From Pseudomonadota bacterium (GTDB taxonomy: Bacteria; Oederibacteriota; Muellerivitia; Muellerivitales; Muellerivitaceae), in NCBI GenBank assembly GCA_021324075.1, contig JAJPJW010000025.1:43306-107305 (forward strand): a DNA stretch of 64,000 nucleotides, given 5' to 3'. Made by a program: the position numbers and the translations under genes. The notes under the pieces were generated by a model, which did not search any database, was not told the DNA's origin, and worked only from the letters and a program-made list of their open reading frames with translations. Below, piece by piece: positions 44,568 through 53,084 of the stretch (within the stretch, counting starts at the first letter, position 1; each line of letters begins with the position of its first letter).

Positions 44568-45038
44568 TCACCGGCCTTTCCCGCCCCGGAAGGCGGCGGA
44601 GCTGTCGGGCGTTTCCCAAAGGGCCACTTCCACCAGCTTCACTTTTTGTTTTTTGAGGAAGGGCTCGACGAGTTTCCAAATGACCTGGGCCATGTTTTCG
44701 GCGGTGGGTTGGAAGGAAGGGTTGCCTTTGAACGGTTCCACTTCCTTGTTGATGAAACGGTGGTCGAAACGGCCGTAAATCTCGCGTTTCAAGATCTCCT
44801 TTAAGACCCGGAAATCCATCACGAAGCCGGTCACCGGGTCCACCGGGCCCTGGACCATCACTTTGAGCCGGTAGGAATGGCCGTGGGGGTAAAAGGACGC
44901 CTTGGGGTCGTCCTTGCGGTAACCGGCGCATTTTCGGAACACTTCCAGGTTTTTCGCCCGGTCCCATTTGGGATTGTTGAGGTAATGGGCCGCCTCAAAA
45001 GAAATTTCCTTCGAAATTTCCGCGATGTTTTTTTTCAT
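44568..45038 (-). CDS. queD: 6-carboxy-5,6,7,8-tetrahydropterin synthase (QueD/PTPS family)
   Basis: FEAAHYL...CxxxHGHSYRL zinc-binding motif. ATGA overlap with the upstream nadE stop. Confidence 0.8.
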   Translation of the reverse strand: MKKNIAEISKEISFEAAHYLNNPKWDRAKNLEVFRKCAGYRKDDPKASFYPHGHSYRLKVMVQGPVDPVTGFVMDFRVLKEILKREIYGRFDHRFINKEVEPFKGNPSFQPTAENMAQVIWKLVEPFLKKQKVKLVEVALWETPDSSAAFRGGKGR

Positions 45039-46678
45039 GGTTCCTCTTTGAATTTCTGCGCGATGGGCACCCGGCGGCCCATGCCGAAGGCCTTTCCGGT
45101 CACTTTCAGGCCCGGCGCCATCTGCCGGCGCTTGTATTCGTTGCGGTTGACCTTCCCCAGGACTTCCCCCACCAGTTGGGCGTCGAATCCGGCCTTCACG
45201 ATCTTAAGGGGCGGTTGGTTCTCTTCTATATACAGGCGCAGGATGGCGTCCAGGGTTTCATAAGGCGGAAGGCTGTCCTGGTCCGTCTGGTTGGGCCGAA
45301 GCTCCGCCGAAGGCGGCTTGGTAAAGACCGCTTCCGGGATGATGGGTTCCTTGCGGTTCACGTGCCGGGAAAGTTGGTACACCATCACCTTGGGCACGTC
45401 CGAAATGACCGCCAGCCCCCCGCACATGTCCCCATAGAGGGTGCAATAACCCACCGACAACTCGCTCTTGTTGCCGGTGGAAAGCACCAGGCGGTTGAAC
45501 TTGTTGGAAAGGGCCATGAGGATCAGGCCCCGCAGGCGGGCCTGGAGGTTTTCCTCCGCCAGGTCCCTGGCCAGGCCCTGAAAGGCCGGTTCCAGGGTTT
45601 CGAGGGATTTCTCGAAAATCGGGGTGATGGGGATCTCCTTGAACTCCATCCCCAGGGCCTCGGCCAATTGGCGGGAATCCTCGATGGAGCCCCTGGAGGA
45701 AAAGGGCGAAGGCATGGTGACCCCCAGGACGTTTTGGGGCCCCAGGGCTTCGCAGGCGATGGCCGCCACCAGGGAGGAATCGATCCCCCCCGAGAGCCCG
45801 ATCAGGACCTTTTCGAAGCCGCATTTGCGCACGTAATCCCGTGTGCCCAAAACCAGGGCCCGGTAGATGTTTTCGATCTCCCCGCCCGCCGGGGCGGCCT
45901 CCTTCAGGGAAGGCTTTTCGGTGTCGTAGACGAAAAAATCCTCCTCAAAGGCCTTGCCCAACTCGAAAAGGTTGCCCGCGGCGTCCATGGCCATGCTGCA
46001 GCCGTCGAAGACCAGCTCGTCGTCGCCGCCCACCAGGTTGCAGTAAAGCACGGGCGCCTTCGTCTTGCGGCTGACATCCTTGAGCAGGGCCTGGCGCACC
46101 GAAAGCTTGGCGTAATGGAAGGGGGAGGCGGAAAGGTTCAAGACCAGGTCGGGTTTGGACTTCGCTATTTCCTCCACCGGGTCCTTGGCGTAAAGCCGGC
46201 GGGTGAAGACCCCCTCCACGTTCCAGATGTCCTCGCAGATGGTCAGGGCGATCTTGAGGCCCTTGTAGCTGAATGGCGGCTCGGGTTTGGGGGCGGGGGC
46301 GAAATAACGGGCCTCATCGAAGACATCGTAATTGGGAAGCAGGACCTTCTTGTAAACCTGCAGGATGGCGCCGTTTTCCACGGCCACGGCGCAGTTGAAG
46401 AGGGGGTTGCCCGGGTCCCGGTTTTCCAGGACGGTGCCCACCACCGCCAGGATGCCCTGGGCGGCCTGGGCCACCTTTTCCAGGGCCTTCCGGGACTTCT
46501 CAAAGAAGGAGAAGCGGTCCAGCAGGTCCCGGGGTGGATAGCCCGTCAGGGTCAGTTCGGGGAAGAGGGCCAAGGCGCAGCCGGCCTTCCGGGCCTTGTC
46601 CAGGTAAAGGAGGATCTTCTCGACGTTGCCGTCGAAGTCGCCCACGGTCGTGTTGATCTGGCAGACGGCGATTTTCAT
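45035..46678 (-). CDS. nadE: Glutamine-dependent NAD+ synthetase (N-terminal CN-hydrolase domain plus C-terminal NAD synthetase domain)
   Basis: MKIAVCQINTTVGDFDGN...FPELTLTGYPPRDLL (nitrilase domain). SGGIDSSLVAA PP-loop. 547 aa. Confidence 0.85.
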   Translation of the reverse strand: MKIAVCQINTTVGDFDGNVEKILLYLDKARKAGCALALFPELTLTGYPPRDLLDRFSFFEKSRKALEKVAQAAQGILAVVGTVLENRDPGNPLFNCAVAVENGAILQVYKKVLLPNYDVFDEARYFAPAPKPEPPFSYKGLKIALTICEDIWNVEGVFTRRLYAKDPVEEIAKSKPDLVLNLSASPFHYAKLSVRQALLKDVSRKTKAPVLYCNLVGGDDELVFDGCSMAMDAAGNLFELGKAFEEDFFVYDTEKPSLKEAAPAGGEIENIYRALVLGTRDYVRKCGFEKVLIGLSGGIDSSLVAAIACEALGPQNVLGVTMPSPFSSRGSIEDSRQLAEALGMEFKEIPITPIFEKSLETLEPAFQGLARDLAEENLQARLRGLILMALSNKFNRLVLSTGNKSELSVGYCTLYGDMCGGLAVISDVPKVMVYQLSRHVNRKEPIIPEAVFTKPPSAELRPNQTDQDSLPPYETLDAILRLYIEENQPPLKIVKAGFDAQLVGEVLGKVNRNEYKRRQMAPGLKVTGKAFGMGRRVPIAQKFKEEP

Positions 46679-46767
46679 CCCAAATCCTTTTTACCCGGTC
46701 ACCTTGTGGTGAATAATGTGGCTTAGTTTAGGGACAAAGACAGGCTAAGTCAAAATAAGGAGCGTCC

Positions 46768-47280
46768 TTGATCTTCGGGGTTTTGGCGGATACCCAGGGC
46801 GTGCTGGCGGCGGCCCAGCTGGCGGCCTTGAAGAAAGCCTTCAAGGGCGTGGACTATATCCTGCACGCCGGGCCCGTGGGGGACCTGAGGGTCATCGAAC
46901 AACTGGCCCAACTGGCGCCCACGCGGGCGGTGTGCGGCAACGCGGAAAATTCCATCGTGCGTTCCGAGCTTTACGTGCGGCAGTCCTGGCGCGCGGGGGT
47001 CACCACCATGGGCCTGGTGCACGGCTACGGCAAGCCCCATGGCCTCAAAAGCTGGCTGCTCAAACAGTTCGAGGAGGACCCGGTGCAGGTGATCGTCTAT
47101 GGGCGCAACTTCGAGCCGACGGCCCGTCCGGTCGGCGCCCATTATTTTTTCAACCCCGGTTCCTTCTCGGGCAACCTGCCCGAAGGCCAGCATGGCAAAA
47201 AAGGGCCGGCCCGCGTAGGATTGTTGTTCGTCCGCGGCAAAAAAGTGGACGGCCAGGCCGGTATCCCGGCCCACTCCTGA
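46768..47280 (+). CDS. YfcE/MJ0936-family metallophosphoesterase
   Basis: IFGVLADTQG (DxH-like) and CGNAEN (GNHE) motifs. TTG start 7 nt after an AAGGAG RBS. Confidence 0.5.
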   Translation: MIFGVLADTQGVLAAAQLAALKKAFKGVDYILHAGPVGDLRVIEQLAQLAPTRAVCGNAENSIVRSELYVRQSWRAGVTTMGLVHGYGKPHGLKSWLLKQFEEDPVQVIVYGRNFEPTARPVGAHYFFNPGSFSGNLPEGQHGKKGPARVGLLFVRGKKVDGQAGIPAHS

Positions 47281-47297
47281 CTTTGAATCGGACCCTT

Positions 47298-47999
47298 ATG
47301 AACTGGCGGTTGATCCCTTCTTCCAGCGTCCCCACCCCCGGCCAAATGGCTTATGACGCCGAGCTGTTCAAGCGGTTCAAGGCCGGGGAACCGCCCATCC
47401 TGCGGTTTTTCCATTTTGAGCGGCCCACCCTGACCCTGGGAAGGCTGGAGGCCCGCCGGCTGGACCTGGAGGCCCTGTCCTACCCCTGTGAGATCCGCCC
47501 CACGGGCGGGCGGGCCGTTTTGCACGGTGCGGGGGACCTTTGTTATTCCATCGTGGCGGGAACCAAGGACCCCCTGGTGGGGGGGGAATTGCTGGAAAGC
47601 TACCGGAAGATCAGCGGGCTGTTGTCCTATGCCCTAAGGGGATTGGACCGGGAAGTCCGGCTCTCGGAGGAAAGGCACGCGGGTTTGGAGGCGGGCCACT
47701 GTTTTTCGGCGCCGTCCTTCGCCGAACTGGTTTTAAACGGGAAAAAGGTGGCCGGGGGTGCCCAGGCCCGGGAAGGCGGGGTTTTCCTCCAACAAGGGGT
47801 CATCCTCTTGTCCGTGGACGAAGGATGGAAAACCCTTTTTCCGGAAGCCGCGGGCGGCGGGATGGCGGGCCTGAACGACGGGAAGCCGCTGCCCCCCTTA
47901 AGCCGGATGGACGTGGAGAGGGCCATTGTGGCGGCTTTCGAGGAAACGGGAGTGGAGTTCGAGAAACATCGTGCGATCACGGAAACAAGAATCATTTAG
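47298..47999 (+). CDS. Lipoate/biotin protein ligase family (BPL/LPL catalytic domain; octanoyl- or lipoyl-transferase)
   Basis: RPTGGRAVLHG and GKKVAGGAQ motifs typical of LplA/LipM-type catalytic domains. ATG chosen inside track ORF 46932..47999. Confidence 0.55.
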   Translation: MNWRLIPSSSVPTPGQMAYDAELFKRFKAGEPPILRFFHFERPTLTLGRLEARRLDLEALSYPCEIRPTGGRAVLHGAGDLCYSIVAGTKDPLVGGELLESYRKISGLLSYALRGLDREVRLSEERHAGLEAGHCFSAPSFAELVLNGKKVAGGAQAREGGVFLQQGVILLSVDEGWKTLFPEAAGGGMAGLNDGKPLPPLSRMDVERAIVAAFEETGVEFEKHRAITETRII

Positions 48000-48000
48000 C

Positions 48001-48081
48001 CACAGATGCACACGGATGAACACAGATGGCTTTAGATTCAAATCCAAAATAATCTGTGTTTATCTGTGTTAATCTGTGGCA
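48001..48081. repeat. Miniature inverted-repeat element, family 3 (CCACAGATG...ACACAGATGG / ATCTGTG x3 ...CTGTGG)
   Basis: The right arm reverse-complements to CCACAGATTAACACAGATAAACACAGAT, matching the left arm CCACAGATGCACACGGATGAACACAGAT. AT-rich centre. Sits between the lipoate ligase gene and lpd. Confidence 0.5.
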
Positions 48082-48113
48082 AAAGATATTTTGGCCTTTG
48101 TTTGGAGCATTGA

Positions 48114-49397
48114 ATGAAGAAATTCGACGCATTGGTGATCGGCGGCGGGCCCGGAGGCTATACGGCCGCCTTGCTGTTGGCCCAGCAAGGAAAGACCGTC
48201 GCCCTTTTTGAGAAGCGCAGGATCGGCGGTTCCTGCCTGCACGTGGGCTGCATTCCCACCAAGCTTTTGCAATCGGCGGCCTTCCGCTACCACAGTCTTT
48301 CCAAGGAAGGCGCGGCCTGGGGCATCGAGGCCGACAACATCCGGTTCAACTTCAAGGCCCTGGTGGACCGCACCCAGAAGACCCTCTCCATCCTGGAGAG
48401 GGGCATCGTCTCCCAGCTTTCCGCCGCCAAGGTGGAGGTGGTCCAGGGCGAGGCCCAGATCAAGGCCAAGGACCTGGTGGAGTGCAACGGTGAGGAATAC
48501 CGGGGAACCAGCCTTATCCTGGCCCTGGGATCCCGGCCCCGGCAACTGCCCGCCTTTCCCCTGGGGGACGATGTCGTCACCAGCGACGAGCTTTTAAGCC
48601 AGCCCCGGCTGCCCAAATCCCTCCTCATCGTGGGCGCGGGCATCATCGGCCTGGAGTTCGCCTGCCTTTACGCCCAGCTGGGCGTGAAGGTCCGCATGGG
48701 GGACGTGCTGCCCAAGCTGCTTCCCAACATGGACGAGGAGATGGGGCAGGTCATCCTGAATTCGGTGCGCAAACTGGGAGCGGAGGTGGAATTGGGGCTC
48801 CTGGAAGTCAACCGCAAGGACGAGGAGATGGTGCTGGTCTCGGCGGGACGCGTTCCCAATTCGGACAAGGCGGGCGTCGGCAACCTGGGTTTGAAAGCCC
48901 CGGGCGGAAAGATCGAAACCAACGGATTCCTGGAAACTTCGGTGCCGGGGGTCTTCGCCCTCGGCGACATGACCGGTAAATACCCTTACGCCCATACGGC
49001 CTATGAGCACGCCCGCATCGTGGCGGGGAAGATCGGCGGCGGCCGGGAGGAGATGGACGACTTCAAGGTCCCCCACGTGGTCTTCACCTCGCCCGAAATC
49101 GCCTCGGTGGGCTTCACCGAAGCCGAGGCCAAGGGCCGGTTCAAGAACGTGAAGGTGATGAAGCACAACTTCGCGGCCAACAGCAAGGCCCGCATCCTGG
49201 GCGAGATCGGCGGCTGGTCCAAAACGGTTTACGACGGCGACACGGGCGTCATCCTGGGTGTCCATGTGACCGGCCCGGAAGCCACGGACCTTATCGGGGA
49301 GGCCTGCGTATTGGTCTCCCAAAAGATCACCCTGGACCAGTTGGACAAAGTGGTTCATCCACATCCAACATTAAATGAGATATTTGGAACACATTGA
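48114..49397 (+). CDS. lpdA: Dihydrolipoyl dehydrogenase-family flavoprotein disulfide reductase
   Basis: N-terminal FAD motif VIGGGPGGY. Redox-active GGSCLHVGCIPTK. C-terminal HPHPTLNE interface motif. Confidence 0.7.
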   Translation: MKKFDALVIGGGPGGYTAALLLAQQGKTVALFEKRRIGGSCLHVGCIPTKLLQSAAFRYHSLSKEGAAWGIEADNIRFNFKALVDRTQKTLSILERGIVSQLSAAKVEVVQGEAQIKAKDLVECNGEEYRGTSLILALGSRPRQLPAFPLGDDVVTSDELLSQPRLPKSLLIVGAGIIGLEFACLYAQLGVKVRMGDVLPKLLPNMDEEMGQVILNSVRKLGAEVELGLLEVNRKDEEMVLVSAGRVPNSDKAGVGNLGLKAPGGKIETNGFLETSVPGVFALGDMTGKYPYAHTAYEHARIVAGKIGGGREEMDDFKVPHVVFTSPEIASVGFTEAEAKGRFKNVKVMKHNFAANSKARILGEIGGWSKTVYDGDTGVILGVHVTGPEATDLIGEACVLVSQKITLDQLDKVVHPHPTLNEIFGTH

Positions 49398-49528
49398 GGA
49401 TGTGGATGAAAGGGGGAGTGGGGGAAGGGTCCCCCACGGTGGCGATGGGGTAACGTAGGGGGAAATTCCCCTACGAGCGCGGAGCGCGCATCCACATCCA
49501 ACATTAAACGAGATATTTGGAACACACT
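49356..49528 (+). repeat. 40-bp direct duplication of the lpd 3' end (38/40 identical) separated by a ~95-bp GC-rich spacer containing the inverted motif GGATGTGGATG and a 20-bp palindrome GTAGGGGGAAATTCCCCTAC
   Basis: CATCCACATCCAACATTAAATGAGATATTTGGAACACATT (49356-49395) versus CATCCACATCCAACATTAAACGAGATATTTGGAACACACT (49489-49528). Confidence 0.6.
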
Positions 49529-49665
49529 CATAACGGGGGAAATTCCCGGGTTCTCCTGCAAATAAGGCCGGTCTTTTAGTTAAAGCCTTTCCCCTTTTTG
49601 CCGTTAGGAACCCTTGTGGCGCCGTTTTGACCCGAGTTAAATGGGGTTCCTAAGGAGTCGGTCGG

Positions 49666-50022
49666 ATGAAGAAAAATACCGGGTTGTTCCTTCTCTTGTT
49701 CCTCGTGGCGGTCCCCGTATTGGCGGGCCCGCCCCTGAAGGTTATTTATACCTCCGGTTCCACCACCACCTTTAAATGGACCTGGCCCTACCATCCGGTG
49801 CGTGTTTATAACGCCACCCAGACCAAACCCTACTACGCCACCGGCCGTGTCCTTTACTTGAGCGGTGAGGACGTCTCCAAATACCGCTTCCATTATCCCG
49901 ACCGGACCTGCCGCAACGATTGGGGTTATTTTTTCCCCAAGGGTGTGAAGCTTTGCCCCCGCCGTCCCGCCATCATTTTCGGGGCCCCGGCCGCCTATAC
50001 CGAGGTCATCTACCAGAAATAG
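49666..50022 (+). CDS. Small secreted protein (118 aa), hypothetical
   Basis: Signal peptide MKKNTGLFLLLFLVAVPVLAG; GGAG RBS; two Cys. Confidence 0.4.
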   Translation: MKKNTGLFLLLFLVAVPVLAGPPLKVIYTSGSTTTFKWTWPYHPVRVYNATQTKPYYATGRVLYLSGEDVSKYRFHYPDRTCRNDWGYFFPKGVKLCPRRPAIIFGAPAAYTEVIYQK

Positions 50023-50247
50023 CCCGTCTGACCTGGGTTATTTCTACAATTTTGTTCCGTCCTTTTGGCTCTGCTTTTTCTCCTGGCTCCCAAAATTCCG
50101 TTTTGAACCCCGATTCCGAGTTAAAACCTCCCGGTTGGGACTTCCAGGATGACTTTTTTGGGCCTCTTTCAATCGGGGTCTAATGTTTTCCCGCTGGTAC
50201 AACTATTGCTTTAAATCCCCCCGAACTCGGCAGGGCCTCCAAAACCG

Positions 50248-50745
50248 TTGGATATGAGGTCGGGGATGTTCCGGAAATTCAAATTTGAAGAGGATGTCTA
50301 CTCCAAATTGCAGGGAATCCCGATGTCCACCCGCTATAAGCTGGACCGGATCGGGCTTAAGATCGGGGCCAAGACCTGGAACCGCTTCTCGGCGGAGGAA
50401 AAACAGGTGCTTTGCCACCTTTCGGTTCGAAGCCAGGGGGAATTGGAGTGCTACAAGGAATACCTGGTTTACCTTTTGAACCGGCTCAAGGAAAAACCCG
50501 AGTGGCTGGACCCGGAAGCGGGCAAAAAAGAAAGGGCCCAGTGGGAAAACCTGAGCCGCATCCCTGAAAGCGTTTATTTGAAGGTCCTTTCCCTGAAAGG
50601 CCTCATGACCCCGGTGGAATGGATCCGACTGGACGACCTGGAGCGCTACGCCCTTTTCCGCCTGTCCCTCGAAAAATACAGCGACGCCCTTTTCGGCAAA
50701 GCGCTGGAGGAGTTTTTAGGGCTTTCCACGGCCAAACCGGCCTAA
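50248..50745 (+). CDS. Hypothetical protein (165 aa); weak resemblance to the 'nitrate reductase-associated protein' family
   Basis: Coding-like composition; motif STRYKLDRIGLKIG...W..FS..EKQVL. The family assignment is from memory and unverified. Confidence 0.35.
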   Translation: MDMRSGMFRKFKFEEDVYSKLQGIPMSTRYKLDRIGLKIGAKTWNRFSAEEKQVLCHLSVRSQGELECYKEYLVYLLNRLKEKPEWLDPEAGKKERAQWENLSRIPESVYLKVLSLKGLMTPVEWIRLDDLERYALFRLSLEKYSDALFGKALEEFLGLSTAKPA

Positions 50746-50920
50746 TCCGGGGGAATTTTTCAACCTCGCGGACTACTTGTTACCAAGTCGAGGAAGTTCT
50801 GTAACAAAAGATTAACCTTCCTTTGGGACCATTCTACCCAGCGACAACGACCCACGCTCTTTCAACGCCCACTCCACGCCTTAAGTTGTTCCCTTCGGGG
50901 AGGAGGATCGAGGAGGACTT

Positions 50921-51106
50921 ATGTTGAAACTGGACCGATATTCCGAGAGCATCCTGTTCCAATGCGACCGGTGCCAGCGCGCGGGGGAATTGTTCACCGA
51001 TGTGGTGGAAGATGAAGGTTTCTTTTATTGCTGGGGTTGCCTGGGAGAGATGCGGAACAAGAAAGAAAAGAAAGGGGAGGTGAACCAAAGATCCTATGCC
51101 CACTAA
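50921..51106 (+). CDS. Small zinc-ribbon protein (CxxC...CxxC), 61 aa
   Basis: FQCDRCQRAG...FYCWGCLGE. GGGAGGAGG RBS upstream. Paralog of the next ORF. Confidence 0.4.
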   Translation: MLKLDRYSESILFQCDRCQRAGELFTDVVEDEGFFYCWGCLGEMRNKKEKKGEVNQRSYAH

Positions 51107-51278
51107 CGAAGTTTTTGCCGGGGAAACCGCGCAAGAGCGCTGTGATGGTTGCGGGACCGAAGTTGACGCAAGGTCCATATTCACCGAGGAAAGCGGGAAC
51201 CACTACTGCCTGGCCTGCTGGCTGCAAAAGGGGAACCGCAAGACTCCAGGCCGCAAACTGACTCTCGTCGAACTGTAA
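51096..51278 (+). CDS. Small zinc-ribbon protein (CxxC...CxxC), 60 aa, overlapping the previous ORF by 11 nt
   Basis: ERCDGCGTEVD...HYCLACWLQKG. Same cysteine spacing as the upstream ORF. Confidence 0.4.
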   Translation: MPTNEVFAGETAQERCDGCGTEVDARSIFTEESGNHYCLACWLQKGNRKTPGRKLTLVEL

Positions 51279-51342
51279 AAACCAAGCAGCACCAAGAATT
51301 CCAAATCCACAATCAGGTGGGTCTGGAATTTTTTTTGCCCGG

Positions 51343-52086
51343 TTAAATCTGGATCTTCGAGAAGAGATAGCCCCCCACCACCAGCAGGAAGGCCGAACAA
51401 AGGCTCAAGACCAAAAAGTCGGTCCCCATCCCGTAGAAAGAGGCCATTCCCAGCGACGCCCTCAAGCCGTCGATGCCGTAGGAAAGGGGGTTCAAGGTCG
51501 TCACCAGCGCCATTCCGGAAGGCAGTCCTTCCAGGGGGAACATGGCGCCGGAGAGGAAAAACAACGGCATGACCAGGAAATTCATGATCAGGGGAAAAGC
51601 CTGCATATCACTGAGTTGGGACGCCAAGGCCGTACCGAAGGCAGTGAAGAGGAGGGCGATCAGGAACATGAAAACCAGGGCGAGCGGCAGGGCCTGGAGC
51701 TGGGGCCTAAAGCCGAAAAGAAAGGCCAGGGCGAAGACGACGATTCCCTGCATCATGGCCACGGTGGCCCCACCCAGGGTCCGGCCGATCATAATCGTTA
51801 AACGCGGCACGGGCGCGACCAGGGTTTCCTTGAGGAAGCCGAACTGGCGGTCCCAGATGATCTCGATGCCGGAAAAGACCCCGGTGAAAAGAACCCCCAT
51901 GGAAATGACGCCGGGGGCGAGGAACTGCAGGTAATCGCCGCGGCCGGACTGGGAGTAGATCTTGCCGAAGCCGAAACCGAAGGCCAAAAGAAAGATCAGG
52001 GGTTGGCCCAGGGACCCGATCATTCGGGGCTTGGAGCGGAAATACCGCTTTAACTGCCGAAGCCACATGATGTAAATCGCGCTCAT
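51343..52086 (-). CDS. ABC-2 type transporter permease
   Basis: Six TM helices, ABC-2 family pattern, directly downstream of the ATPase gene. Confidence 0.7.
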   Translation of the reverse strand: MSAIYIMWLRQLKRYFRSKPRMIGSLGQPLIFLLAFGFGFGKIYSQSGRGDYLQFLAPGVISMGVLFTGVFSGIEIIWDRQFGFLKETLVAPVPRLTIMIGRTLGGATVAMMQGIVVFALAFLFGFRPQLQALPLALVFMFLIALLFTAFGTALASQLSDMQAFPLIMNFLVMPLFFLSGAMFPLEGLPSGMALVTTLNPLSYGIDGLRASLGMASFYGMGTDFLVLSLCSAFLLVVGGYLFSKIQI

Positions 52087-52087
52087 C

Positions 52088-52885
52088 TTACCGCCTCCAC
52101 ATTTTTTTCATCATCCGCATGGTTTCGGCGTTGGAGGCATCCTCATCCCTCAAGTTGTGGCCTGTCAGGCGGATGAAGGCGTCCTCCAGGGTTTTGGCCC
52201 TCGCCTTCTTCTTCAAGGCGGCGGGCGTCCCTTGGGCGATGATTTTGCCGTGGTCCACGATCGTCACCTGGTCCGCCACCCGGTCGGCTTCTTCCATGTA
52301 ATGGGTGGTGAAAAAGACGGTGATCTTTTCCTTTTTGTTCAGGTTCCTGATGTAGTTCCAAATATGGTTGCGGGTCTGGGGGTCGAGGCCCACGGTGGGC
52401 TCGTCCAGGAAGAGGATCTGGGGGTGGTGCAACAGGCCCCGGGCGATTTCCAGGCGCCGTTTCATGCCCCCGGAAAACTGCTTCACCAGGTCGTTGCGAC
52501 GGTCCCACAACTCCACCACCTTCAAAAGCTCCTCGGTGCGGCTTTTACGCAAAAGAGGCGGGACCTTGTAAAGAACGCCGTGGAATTCCATGTTTTCCTG
52601 GGCCGTCAGTTCATCGTCCAGGCTGGGGTCCTGGAAGACGATGCCGAAGGTCCGGCGCACGCCGGCCTGGTCGGTCACGGGGTCCTTGCCGTCCAAAAGC
52701 ACCTGGCCGCCGGTGGGTTTTAAAAGGGTCGTCAGCATCTTGATGGAAGTGGTCTTGCCCGCGCCGTTGGGACCGAGGAAGCCGAAGATGGAACCCTTTT
52801 CCACGGTGAAGGAAACGCCGTTGACCGCGGTGAAATCGCCGAATTTCTTGGTGAGGTTTTCAACTTGGATGATGGAATTTTTCAT
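52088..52885 (-). CDS. ABC transporter ATP-binding protein
   Basis: Walker A GPNGAGKTT, ABC signature, Walker B LFLDEPTVGLD. Start at the internal Met MKNSIIQVENLTKKFG; the track ORF starts 15 codons earlier. Confidence 0.8.
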   Translation of the reverse strand: MKNSIIQVENLTKKFGDFTAVNGVSFTVEKGSIFGFLGPNGAGKTTSIKMLTTLLKPTGGQVLLDGKDPVTDQAGVRRTFGIVFQDPSLDDELTAQENMEFHGVLYKVPPLLRKSRTEELLKVVELWDRRNDLVKQFSGGMKRRLEIARGLLHHPQILFLDEPTVGLDPQTRNHIWNYIRNLNKKEKITVFFTTHYMEEADRVADQVTIVDHGKIIAQGTPAALKKKARAKTLEDAFIRLTGHNLRDEDASNAETMRMMKKMWRR

Positions 52886-53084
52886 GCCGATTTTCCTTGG
52901 GGCTATGTCGTGCGGCTTGCCGCACGACAATGAGTGGAAGTCGGTATAGTACCGATTTCGAGTTTTGAATCTTCAAAAATGTGAATCGGTACATGGGGAC
53001 AAATCTTTTAAGGAAGCCTTTTTAACACAAAGCCGGGGGTAGAACCAAGAAAGGATTGTAACAGTTTGTTATGGAACGCCGGCC

